Assembly: GCA_050618055.1 (NCBI GenBank)
Contig: JBNLVK010000172.1
Span: forward strand, 14,644 to 78,643
Source: Myxococcota bacterium
GTDB taxonomy: Bacteria; Myxococcota_A; UBA9160; SMWR01
Length of the DNA stretch: 64,000 nucleotides
Direction of reading: 5' to 3'
Made by a program: the position numbers and the translations under genes. Positions 29,556 to 38,269 of the stretch are shown one piece after another. The notes under the pieces are model-generated. The model was given only the letters and a program-made list of their open reading frames with translations, was not told the origin of the DNA and did not search any database. Every line of letters begins with the position of its first letter. Position 1 is the stretch's first letter.

Positions 29556-30841
29556 TCGAGCGCGGCCGACAGGCGGGCGACCGTCTCCGGCCGCTCGGCC
29601 GCCAGGTCGCGCTCCTGCTTCGGGTCCGACGCCTCGTAGAGCGCCGCGCTCCCGTCGCTGCCCACCAGCAGGCTGAAGCGATCGGTGGTGACGGCGGCGC
29701 GGTGGCGCTGCGCTCCCCAGGCCGCGGCGATCGCCGGGTCCGGGTGCAGCTCGCTCACGATCGGCCGCTGCGGATCGTCGGGCGCCGCGCCGCCCAGCAG
29801 CGGAACCAGCGAGCGGCCCGCCGTGACGCGCACGTCGTCCAGGCCGGCCAGCGCCAGCAGCGTCGGACCCACGTCGACCACGCCCACCGCGGTCGCCACC
29901 CGCGCGCCGTCGTCGCCGCCGCCGGGACGCCGCACCACCAGCGGCACGTGCAGCACCTCGCGGTGCAGCGTCGTGCCGTGGCCGAAGCGGCCCCCCTCGC
30001 CCAGCGACTCGCCGTGGTCCGAGACCACCGCCACCACCGCGCGATCCAGCGCGTCGATGCGCCCCAGGTGCTCGACCAGGCCCTGCACCTGCGCGTCGGC
30101 GCTCCACACCTCGGCCTCGTAGAGCGCGCGCAGGTGGGCCAGGTCGACCGCGTCGAGCTGCATCTCGCCGCGCGAGAGCTGCATGAGCTGGTCGAGCGAG
30201 CCGTCCACCGGTCCGCTGAAGTTGCGCTGGCCCATGCGCTTGAAGCGGCCACGCGCGTCGTAGCCCGGGTGGGGCGCCATCCAGTGCACCATCAGGAAGA
30301 GCGGGCGCGTGCGCTCCTCGGCCAGCACCTCGATGGCCCGCTTCGTGATGGTGCGATCGCGCACCAGCACGGCCGATCCGGCCTGCGCCCGCGACTGCTC
30401 CTGCGGCGTCTGCGGCAGCGTCGCCACCCGCTCGAAGCCGCGCGACAGCCCGCGCGACGGGTCGGCGAAGGCGCTGCTGGCCGACACCGCCACCGTCTCC
30501 CAGCCGGCGGCGGCGAAGGCCTCGGCCAGGGTGGGCGGCTCGGGCGGCAGGCTCGCGTCCGCCGTCGTGACCCCGTGGGCCGACGGCAGCAGCGACGTGA
30601 ACAGCGACGCCAGCGCCGGCTCGGTCTGGGACGAGGGGGCGACGGCGTTCTCGAAGACGACGCCGTCCTCGGCCAGGGCGACCACGCCGCGTCCCGGCGG
30701 ATGGTGGCCGTAGCTCCCCAGGCGGTCGGCGCGCAGCGTACCGACGACGAGCAGCAGCACGTCGGGGGTGGCCGGCGGTGCACAGCCCACCCCGACCAGG
30801 GCGACGAGCAGACACCACAGCAACCGGACCCGGAGCGTCAT
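29552..30841 (-). CDS. sulfatase-like (alkaline-phosphatase superfamily) exported hydrolase
   Basis: 429 aa. Signal/lipobox LLVALVGVGC. Motifs GTLRADRLG, SSQTEPALASLFTS and VVSDHGESLGEGGRFGHG. Confidence 0.8.
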   Translation of the reverse strand: MTLRVRLLWCLLVALVGVGCAPPATPDVLLLVVGTLRADRLGSYGHHPPGRGVVALAEDGVVFENAVAPSSQTEPALASLFTSLLPSAHGVTTADASLPPEPPTLAEAFAAAGWETVAVSASSAFADPSRGLSRGFERVATLPQTPQEQSRAQAGSAVLVRDRTITKRAIEVLAEERTRPLFLMVHWMAPHPGYDARGRFKRMGQRNFSGPVDGSLDQLMQLSRGEMQLDAVDLAHLRALYEAEVWSADAQVQGLVEHLGRIDALDRAVVAVVSDHGESLGEGGRFGHGTTLHREVLHVPLVVRRPGGGDDGARVATAVGVVDVGPTLLALAGLDDVRVTAGRSLVPLLGGAAPDDPQRPIVSELHPDPAIAAAWGAQRHRAAVTTDRFSLLVGSDGSAALYEASDPKQERDLAAERPETVARLSAALD

Positions 30842-30959
30842 CAGGCCGGGATCCTAAAGGATTTCGCGTGCCTATCCACCCGGTCTGCGCGCTCGGGAGG
30901 GTCCGACCCCGGTCCAACCGGGCCTTGAGTCCCCGCCCCGACACACCGATGCAGGAGCG

Positions 30960-31484
30960 ATGCGGATCTCACCCCGAAGCCGGCGCGGGTTCACCATCAT
31001 CGAGCTGATGATCTCGGTGGCGATCGTGGGCGTGCTCGCCGCCGTCGCCATTCCGCTGCTCCAGAGCTACCAGCTGCGCTCGAAGACGGCCGAGGCCAAG
31101 ACCAACCTGGCCGCCATCCGCGTGCTCGAGAACGCCCACTTCTCCGAGAAGGACGCCTACGTCGACGTCGACCCGGAGCCGGCGGTCATTCCCGGCTCCA
31201 TCGCCGCCGTCTTCAACGGCGGCGGCAACTTCGGCGCGCTGGGGTTCCGTCCCGAGGGCAACATCTACTTCTCCTATGGCGTGGCCGTCAGCGCCGACGG
31301 CGTTGGCTTCACCGCCGACGCCGGCGCCGACATCGACGCCGACGGCTTCGTCCAGTTCTGGGCCTTCGCCAAGCCGGACGCCGGCGGCCTGCTGAAGCAG
31401 GGCAAGGTGGGCTGCGACGCCGCCGGGCTGGTGCCGGAGCAGATCGTGCCCTGCGCGCCGGACCACGGGTCCTCGGTCTTCTAG
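30960..31484 (+). CDS. type IV pilin-like protein (prepilin N-terminal cleavage/methylation domain)
   Basis: 174 aa. RRG|FTIIELMISVAIVGVLAAVAIP is a class III signal peptide. There is a C-terminal Cys pair. Confidence 0.85.
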   Translation: MRISPRSRRGFTIIELMISVAIVGVLAAVAIPLLQSYQLRSKTAEAKTNLAAIRVLENAHFSEKDAYVDVDPEPAVIPGSIAAVFNGGGNFGALGFRPEGNIYFSYGVAVSADGVGFTADAGADIDADGFVQFWAFAKPDAGGLLKQGKVGCDAAGLVPEQIVPCAPDHGSSVF

Positions 31485-33143
31485 GTGTCGAAGGAGGGGC
31501 GCGAAGCGGCTCTGCGTGCGCGCTTCGAGCGCCTCCGCGCGCTGCGCTCGGCCTGGGGCGCGCTGGCCCCGTCGGGCCTGGGCGCGCCGAACGCCAGCCT
31601 CGCCGAGGACGGCCGCGCGCTCAGCGAGGAGCTGATCGAGCGGCTGGCCGCCGAGGCGTCCGACGCCGACGCCAGCGCCGTCGAAGCCGTCGACGCCCGC
31701 CTCGACGAGCTCGAGCAGCGCATGCAGCAGGTGGCCGCCGAGCTTCCGCTGGCGCAGCTGCGCTCGACCCTGCCCGACCTGCTGGGCAGCGACCGCCGCG
31801 GCGTGCTCGACCTGCTCGACCTGGTGCTCGGCGCCGAGCTGGCCCACGCCGGACCCACCGAGGCGCGCATCCCCGTCCTCGACTACCTGATCACGCTGCT
31901 GGCCGCCGGCGGAGACGGCGACGCGCCGCTCCAGGATCCGGTGACCCTCACGCCGCGGCTCTACAGCCTGTGCCAGCAGTGCGACGCCGACACCGACCCG
32001 CGCCTGCCCGAGCTGGAGGCCGAGTTCTTCGCGGCGGCGGAGATGGAGTCGGCCGACGCGTGCGAGGAGCTCACGTTGCGCACCCTGCGGCAGCGCAAGG
32101 TCGAGCTGGGGCGCGCCTTCTTCGCGCCGCGCGTGCTGCGCGCGATCGTCACCTACAACGCGGCCCTGCTGCGACGCGTCGACGAGCAGCTGCTGGCGTC
32201 GCTCGACTGGGGCTCGGGTGGGCAGGAGGCCGCGACCGACGATGCGGCGTCGGTTTTCGAGTCGCAGGCGCTGGCGAAGATCGCCGCCGCGCTGCGCCGC
32301 CGCGCCGCCGGCGATCCGCCCCGCCACGACCCGGTGGACCGGGTGGCCTGGTGCCTGGACACCGGCTCGCTGAGCGCCCGCGAGCACGAGCAGCTGTGCG
32401 CCGATTCGGTGGGAACCCGCGAAGACGTGCCCGGCACCACCCTGCTGGTGGGCCTGCTGTGCCGTTCGGCGGTCGTGCTCGACGACGAGCTTCCGGCCGT
32501 CGGGCTGTCGGTGGAGCGCCTGACGGGGGACTGGCTCCGCGAGCTCGACGACGCGTTGCGCGCCCTGGGCAACGAACGCATCGCGGCCAACGACTACGAC
32601 GGAGCGCGTGCGCTCTCCGACCTGAAGGGCCGCTTCCTGTCGGGCAAGGCGGCGGTGCCGCGCCGCAGGACGCCGCGCGCCGCCGCCCCGCCGCCCGACA
32701 CCGCGCAGCGCGAGGCGCGGCAGATCACCCACCAGGCGCTCGACGAGCCCGAGGCACGGGCCGCGACCGGACTGGCCGCGCTGCGCGCGCTGCCCTGGGC
32801 CCGCGTCGCCCGATCCGGCGCCGCGCTGGCGGCCCTGGTGGCGGCGCTGGTCTCGGTGAACCACATCTGGTTCAGCCCCGACCGGGTGAGCGGCGACGTG
32901 CTGGCCCAGGTGTCGCCGTACCTGGACAGCGGTCGGCGCAGCGCCGGGGGAGCCGGCAACGCCTTCGTCGGCACCCTGCACGACGGCTGGAGCGCACTCT
33001 CACAGGCCGACCGCGACCGGGAGGCCGTCGCGCTGGTCGATGGCCTGCGCGAGCGCGGTCTGCGCGACGTCATGGTCTACGACGGCGACGGCGCGCTGCG
33101 CATCCAGGCACTGGGCGACGGCCCGGCGCGCCGCATCCCCTAG
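31485..33143 (+). CDS. hypothetical protein (552 aa) with one predicted TM segment near the C-terminus
   Basis: GTG at 31485 directly abuts the pilin TAG. The composition looks like real protein rather than Arg/Gly/Pro-rich artefact. TM segment SGAALAALVAALVSV. No family was recognised. Confidence 0.55.
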   Translation: MSKEGREAALRARFERLRALRSAWGALAPSGLGAPNASLAEDGRALSEELIERLAAEASDADASAVEAVDARLDELEQRMQQVAAELPLAQLRSTLPDLLGSDRRGVLDLLDLVLGAELAHAGPTEARIPVLDYLITLLAAGGDGDAPLQDPVTLTPRLYSLCQQCDADTDPRLPELEAEFFAAAEMESADACEELTLRTLRQRKVELGRAFFAPRVLRAIVTYNAALLRRVDEQLLASLDWGSGGQEAATDDAASVFESQALAKIAAALRRRAAGDPPRHDPVDRVAWCLDTGSLSAREHEQLCADSVGTREDVPGTTLLVGLLCRSAVVLDDELPAVGLSVERLTGDWLRELDDALRALGNERIAANDYDGARALSDLKGRFLSGKAAVPRRRTPRAAAPPPDTAQREARQITHQALDEPEARAATGLAALRALPWARVARSGAALAALVAALVSVNHIWFSPDRVSGDVLAQVSPYLDSGRRSAGGAGNAFVGTLHDGWSALSQADRDREAVALVDGLRERGLRDVMVYDGDGALRIQALGDGPARRIP

Positions 33144-33589
33144 GTGTAGGAGGGATCCAGCGCGATGCCGGTCTCGCGGCTCCACGCGTCGAGCGCCGCC
33201 TGGGACTTCGCCTCGTCGTAGGAGTCGACCAGCCGCTCGATGCGGCCGTCGCGCAGCCGCGCCTCGGACGCGCCCTCGAGCACGAAGTCGGGGTGGCCCG
33301 CCTTGTGGTAGGTGATCTTCCAGCCCACGTGCAGCGTGTCGCCCTCGACCTTCGGGCCGTCCACCACGTCCACGTCGCGGCTGTCGAAGTGGCGGTCGAG
33401 TCCGTCGAGCGACTTCTTCATGCCGGCGAAGATGGCGGCCGGGCCGCGCAGCTCGCAGCCGAAGGCCTGCGACTCGACCACGTACACCGCGTCGTCGTCG
33501 AACCACCGCTCGAGGCGTTCCCAGTCGTCGTCCACCAGCGTCTTCTCGAAGTCGGCGGCGTAGGCGAGGAAGCGTTCGAGTGTGTCCAT
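33140..33589 (-). CDS. SnoaL-like / NTF2-like fold protein
   Basis: 149 aa. Motifs FLAYAADFEKTLVDDDWERLERWFDDDAVY. Confidence 0.75.
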   Translation of the reverse strand: MDTLERFLAYAADFEKTLVDDDWERLERWFDDDAVYVVESQAFGCELRGPAAIFAGMKKSLDGLDRHFDSRDVDVVDGPKVEGDTLHVGWKITYHKAGHPDFVLEGASEARLRDGRIERLVDSYDEAKSQAALDAWSRETGIALDPSYT

Positions 33590-33598
33590 GGCGGGAGG

Positions 33599-33922
33599 CT
33601 AGCACCCGTCCGCCGGCGGCGAGGTGCGATCCCGCCATCGCTGCCATTCGTCTTCGATGCGCGCCTCGGCCTCGCGCAGCGCCGGCAGCGCGCGCTGGAG
33701 CAGGGCGATCAGCAGCTCCACCTGGTGGGCGTCCCAGTACTCGACGGCCTCGGCGAACGGACCCTCGACCACCAGCCGCACGCTCGGCGCGTCGGCGTGG
33801 AACTCGCGGCGCAGCACGGCGCGCATGCGGTACTCGGGCGCCCCCTCCCGCGGCGTGGGGCTCGCCGCCACGACCCGCTCGTCGCGCAGGTAGGGAGCGT
33901 CACCCACGCCGTTCTCGAACAC
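33599..33922 (-). CDS. hypothetical small protein
   Basis: 107-aa ORF lying 9 nt upstream of the SnoaL-like gene. The composition is plausible (VRLVVEGPFAEAVEYWDAHQVELLIALLQ). The start is uncertain: GTG 33922 or the internal ATG. Confidence 0.4.
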   Translation of the reverse strand: MFENGVGDAPYLRDERVVAASPTPREGAPEYRMRAVLRREFHADAPSVRLVVEGPFAEAVEYWDAHQVELLIALLQRALPALREAEARIEDEWQRWRDRTSPPADGC

Positions 33923-34046
33923 GCATCACGACCCGACCAGGGTCCCAGAGACGGGCGCCGCCGCACAGGCCCAGAGCGGACCGATCGGCTGACCGGCACG
34001 GGCCATTGGACCCCGCTCTCCGCGGGGCTTCCGGTACGATGGAGCC

Positions 34047-34742
34047 ATGCCCGCGTTCAACGAGGAGATGCGGCAGCGCGTGACGCGCGTGCTCGACACC
34101 TTCACCTGCGGCGTCGTGGCCGAGGTGGATCGCCGCATCATCTTCGCCAACGAGAAGTTCGCGAAGATGGTGGGCGTTGCGCGGGAGTCGCTGTGGGGGG
34201 TCGAGACCCACGACCTGGTGCCGCCGGAGCTGCGCGACCAGCTGGTGGAGGAGGGCAACCTGTCGCGCCAGGGCGACCGGCGCACGCGGCTCACGGCGCT
34301 GCTCATGCACGACGGCACGACCCAGCCGGTGCTCGTCATGCCGATGGCGCGCTTCGAGACGATCGACACCGGCATCACCGTGGGCTTCGCGCTGATCATC
34401 GAGCTGAGCTCGGTCATGACCGCGAAGCACATGCTCTACGACGGCCGCGAGGAGCTGCGCTCGTCGCTGTCGCAGATCGCGGTGCAGCTGCACACCGCGA
34501 GCCTGCTGGCCGGCAACTCGCCGGCCGCCGACCCGGACATCCAGCACCCGGAGCTGGCCGAGCTGTCGCGCCGCGAGCGCGAGGTGCTGGCCCGGCTGGT
34601 CGAGGGCAAGCGCGTACCGGTCATCGCCCAGCAGCTCTTCATCAGCGCCCACACGGTGCGCAACCACCTGAAGAGCATGTTCCGCAAGCTGGGCGTCGGG
34701 TCGCAGGCGGAGCTGATCGAGTACGTGCGGGAGATCGGCTAG
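34047..34742 (+). CDS. PAS-domain LuxR-family transcriptional regulator
   Basis: 231 aa. The N-terminus is PAS-like (GVVAEVDRRIIFANEKFAKMVG). C-terminal LuxR HTH (LSRREREVLARLVEGKRVPVIAQQLFISAHTVRNHLKSMFRKLGV). Confidence 0.85.
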   Translation: MPAFNEEMRQRVTRVLDTFTCGVVAEVDRRIIFANEKFAKMVGVARESLWGVETHDLVPPELRDQLVEEGNLSRQGDRRTRLTALLMHDGTTQPVLVMPMARFETIDTGITVGFALIIELSSVMTAKHMLYDGREELRSSLSQIAVQLHTASLLAGNSPAADPDIQHPELAELSRREREVLARLVEGKRVPVIAQQLFISAHTVRNHLKSMFRKLGVGSQAELIEYVREIG

Positions 34743-34846
34743 GCCGACGGGTCCGCCGCGGGCCGCGTTTTGGCCCGCATTCGCCAGCCGAACGACCCAT
34801 TCGGGGGCATGTCGGGCGCGGCCGCCGTGCCGACCCTCTCGGCCCG

Positions 34847-36088
34847 ATGGCTGCTTCCGGCCCCCACGAGCCCCCCCGCCTCGACCTGGACCGCACCGCG
34901 GAAGAGCTGCGCCTGCACGCGCGGGCGCGATCGCGCGGCGCGCGCGGCCTGCCGCCGGCCGACGCCGCCGACCTCGACGAGGTCGAGCGGGAGATCGTCG
35001 AGCGGATCCGCGGCCGGGCGCTGCGCCGCGTGGCGGACGACGCGTCCCGGCTCGAGGCGCTCGACCGGGAGATCCAGTCGACGGACGTGCCGCAGCGCGT
35101 GCGCGCCCTGCGCCACGTGCCCACCGCGTTCCGGCGGCGCCTGCGCGAGCTGACCAACCGCACGTCGCTGGGCCTGGCGCGGGCCGAAGAGGAGTACGCC
35201 CTGGCCCGCAGCGGCTACGAGGCGTTCCGCGCGCTGCACCGCATCGAGCGCGAGCCGCGCTACCCGGCGTCGAAGCTGGCGCCGGCGGCGCTGCTGATGG
35301 CGCTGGGCGTGGCGAAGGCCGGCTTCGCCGCGTCGCTGCCGGCGCTGGGCGGCCACCCGGAGCTGGCCTTCGTGGCGGTGCTGGTGGCCTTCATCGACGT
35401 GCTGATCGCGTTCAGCCTGGGACGCGTCGCGCCGTGGGTGGCGGCGCCGCAGCGGTCGCAGCGGCTGGCCGGCTGGGGCGCCGTCGCGGGCTTCCTGGCC
35501 TGGGCGGGCGCCGTCAACGCGCTGGCCGGCAGCGCCGGGACGATCGCGCTGGGCTGGCTGCTGTCGCTCGGCGCGCTGGCGGTGGGCGCCGGCTCCGACG
35601 ATCGCACGCCCGGCTACGGACGCCTGCACCGGCGCCTGCTGCGCGCCCACGACCAGCGCGACTACTGGCGCAGCGCGGCGCTCGACGGCGCCGCCACGCT
35701 GCACGAACGCCAGCAGCTCTGCATCGACCAGGCCGAGCGGACCGCGCTACGCGAGCGCGACGCGCTGGCCCGCGCCGTCGAGGCCAAGGCACGCCTGCTG
35801 GCGGGCACGCTCGAGAGCAGCCAGCACCTGGAGAACGTGGGCAACGCCCTGCTGCGCCTCTACCGCGACGCCAACGGCGACGCCCGGACCACCCCGCCGC
35901 CCCCCCACTTCGACGCGGGCTGGCGCCTGGCGCTGGAGACGCCCGGCACCGGCTCCCTCGGCTTCGACCGCTCCCGGGTCCGCGACGCGGAGGAGGCCGC
36001 CCGCCACGTCGCCGCCCTGGCCGACGAGGCGCGCCGCGCCGTGCGCGCCGACTACGACGCGTTCGTGCGCGGGTGCCGGGCCGACTAG
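34847..36088 (+). CDS. hypothetical membrane protein (central TM block flanked by charged helical regions)
   Basis: This is the 3' part of track ORF 31970..36088, with ATG at 34847. 413 aa. Hydrophobic segments span residues ~145-250. No family was recognised. Confidence 0.6.
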   Translation: MAASGPHEPPRLDLDRTAEELRLHARARSRGARGLPPADAADLDEVEREIVERIRGRALRRVADDASRLEALDREIQSTDVPQRVRALRHVPTAFRRRLRELTNRTSLGLARAEEEYALARSGYEAFRALHRIEREPRYPASKLAPAALLMALGVAKAGFAASLPALGGHPELAFVAVLVAFIDVLIAFSLGRVAPWVAAPQRSQRLAGWGAVAGFLAWAGAVNALAGSAGTIALGWLLSLGALAVGAGSDDRTPGYGRLHRRLLRAHDQRDYWRSAALDGAATLHERQQLCIDQAERTALRERDALARAVEAKARLLAGTLESSQHLENVGNALLRLYRDANGDARTTPPPPHFDAGWRLALETPGTGSLGFDRSRVRDAEEAARHVAALADEARRAVRADYDAFVRGCRAD

Positions 36089-36094
36089 CTCCGG

Positions 36095-37336
36095 CTAGCG
36101 GCTCGACGCCTGCGGGCGCACCAGCCGGCGCAGGAAGGCGCCGAGATCGAGGCCGGTCGCTTCGAGGACGGCGTCGCCGAGCGAGGCGGTCGTCACCGGA
36201 TCGCGCTGGGCGGTGAGCCGGCGCACCACCTCGTCCAGGCTGTGGGCGCCCTCGCTGCGCTCGCGGATCTCGGCGTCCAGCGCCCGCAGCGCCACCACCG
36301 CGCGCGCCGTCACGTCGCCCGACGCCGAGTCGACCTCCAGCTTCGCGGCGCGCCGACCGCGCGTCGCGAGCTTCTGGTAGATCCGCTCGACGCGATCCTC
36401 GGCCAGCGTCCCGGAGCGCCGCAGCATCTCGATCGCGTAGAGCTCCGCCAGGCCCTCCACCACCCAGTCGCCGCCGTCGCCGCCCCGGATGCCGAGCAGC
36501 GCGTGCATCACCTCGTGCAGCAGCGGGCTGGTGCCGTCCTCGCCGATCAGCGGACGACGCGCGTGCACGTACACCGACTGGGGACCCGAGAGCCCGCCCC
36601 GCCACATGGGGTCGCCGGCGCCGACCACCAGCAGCCGCGGCGGAAGCTCGCCCAGCACGTCCTCCAGCACCGGCAGCGTCCAGCGCAGCAGCGCCAGCAT
36701 GTCGAGCCGCCGCATGCCGTGCTTCTTCGGGGCGGCGATGGCCACCTCCACGCCGTGCACCTCTTCGCGCACTGCACCGAGATGACCGACCACGAACCAG
36801 CCGGTGGGACGGTCGAAGCCCCGGTGCGGGTGGTTCACGCCGTAGACGCCGCCGCGCAGCAGCGGGTAGGGCGTGGCGCGCGACCAGCCCTCGGGCACGC
36901 GCAGCCGCAGCAGCGAGTGGGAGCGCGCCCCCTTCTGCACGCGCGAGCGCGTGGGCGGCACCAGGTCGTCGCCGCGGAACAGCGCCCAGGTCTTCGTGCA
37001 GCGCGCGTCGTAGCTGCGGTCGTCGCGCAGGTGGTCGACGAGGAACGTGTACCGCAGCTGGCCGCCGGCTTCGGGCGGCTTCCAGTGCACGCTGTCGTCG
37101 ACGACCGTCACCTCGCCGTCGCCGCGGAAGTCGAAGTGGCGCTGGGGGTCGATGCGCAGCGTCAGCTCGCGGACCAGGTGGGCGTTCGCTCCCAGCCGGA
37201 TGACGACGCGGGCGGCGCGCTCGGTGGGCACCATCCGCACGTCGTAGAGCACCTCGTAGACGTCGTCCTTCGCCAGGGCTCCCGCCGGCGCCAGCGCCAG
37301 CAGCGCGAGCGCCAGCAGGAGCGCGTTCCTAGACAA
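36095..37336 (-). CDS. exported HExxH (MA-clan, M1/M61-like) putative zinc peptidase
   Basis: 413 aa. The TTG start overlaps the upstream gene by 8 nt. Signal peptide LLLALALLALAPAGALA|KDD. Motif HEVMHALLG...EGLAELY. Confidence 0.7.
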   Translation of the reverse strand: MSRNALLLALALLALAPAGALAKDDVYEVLYDVRMVPTERAARVVIRLGANAHLVRELTLRIDPQRHFDFRGDGEVTVVDDSVHWKPPEAGGQLRYTFLVDHLRDDRSYDARCTKTWALFRGDDLVPPTRSRVQKGARSHSLLRLRVPEGWSRATPYPLLRGGVYGVNHPHRGFDRPTGWFVVGHLGAVREEVHGVEVAIAAPKKHGMRRLDMLALLRWTLPVLEDVLGELPPRLLVVGAGDPMWRGGLSGPQSVYVHARRPLIGEDGTSPLLHEVMHALLGIRGGDGGDWVVEGLAELYAIEMLRRSGTLAEDRVERIYQKLATRGRRAAKLEVDSASGDVTARAVVALRALDAEIRERSEGAHSLDEVVRRLTAQRDPVTTASLGDAVLEATGLDLGAFLRRLVRPQASSR

Positions 37337-38267
37337 CCGATCCTCCGATCTCCCGTCCGATCTCCAGACGTTCGCCCACGGAGAGACCCGGGCGCCAGCG
37401 CTCCTCCACCTGCTCCAGGCGCGGCAGCAGGCCGGCCCGGTTCGCCACCTGGATGGCCAGTCCGGGGCGCGCGTTCAGCTCCAGGATCAGCGCGCCCTGG
37501 CGCGCGTCGACCACCACGTCCGCCCCCACGTAGCCGAGCTCGGTCTCGTCGGTGGCGCGCACGGCGATCTCGAGGGCGCGGTCCCAGTCGGGCAGCAGGC
37601 GGTCGACCACCAGCTCGCCGGTGTCCGGGTGCCGGCGCGTCGACGTGCTGCGGACGACCGCGTGGGTGGTGCGTCCCGTCGCCAGGTCGATGCCCGCACC
37701 CACGGCGCCCTGGTGCAGGTTGGCGCGACCCCGCGAAGCCAGCGTCGGCAGCCGCGTCATGGCCATCACCGGAATGCCCCGGTGCACCACCACCCGCACG
37801 TCGGGCACGCCGTCCGACGCGATCGTGCGGAACTCGGGGTGGATCTCCAGGCACTCCTCGGCGAAGGCCGCGTCGTTCTGGCCGCCCAGCGAGTAGAGCC
37901 CGGAGAGGATGCCGGACGCGTGGTAGCGCAGGTCCTCGGCGTCGACCCACCCGCCGCCGGCGCGGCGCATGCGTCCCTCGACCCGCTCGCGCACCAGCAG
38001 GATGCCGTTGCCCATGGAGCCGCGCGCCGGCTTCAGCGCGAAGGCGGGCTCGCCCTCCAGCGCCCGCAGCAGCGGACCCACGTCGGCCTGGGTGCGCGCC
38101 ACCGCCAGCAGCCGCGCGGTCGGCACGCCGGCCTCGCGGCACAGCCCCTTGGTCAGCAGCTTGTCGTCGACCCGCGGATAGAAGCGCCGGTCGTTCCAGC
38201 GCAGCGTGTACTCGGCGTTGCGCCGGTTGATGCCCAGGAGACCCAGGTCGTGGAGGGTGCGCAGCAT
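37329..38267 (-). CDS. RimK-related alpha-L-glutamate-ligase-like ATP-grasp protein
   Basis: This is the 3' part of track ORF 37329..41396, with ATG at 38267. Sequence MLRTLHDLGLLGINRRNAEY...KPARGSMGNGILL...LELNARPGL. 312 aa. Confidence 0.85.
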   Translation of the reverse strand: MLRTLHDLGLLGINRRNAEYTLRWNDRRFYPRVDDKLLTKGLCREAGVPTARLLAVARTQADVGPLLRALEGEPAFALKPARGSMGNGILLVRERVEGRMRRAGGGWVDAEDLRYHASGILSGLYSLGGQNDAAFAEECLEIHPEFRTIASDGVPDVRVVVHRGIPVMAMTRLPTLASRGRANLHQGAVGAGIDLATGRTTHAVVRSTSTRRHPDTGELVVDRLLPDWDRALEIAVRATDETELGYVGADVVVDARQGALILELNARPGLAIQVANRAGLLPRLEQVEERWRPGLSVGERLEIGREIGGSVV

Positions 38268-38269
38268 GC

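Noticed and set aside
30842-30959. Sigma-54 promoter upstream of the pilin gene (AAGGATTTCGCGTGCC)
   Set aside because: The GG/GC spacing is off by one, and the -24 element lacks the TGGCAC core.
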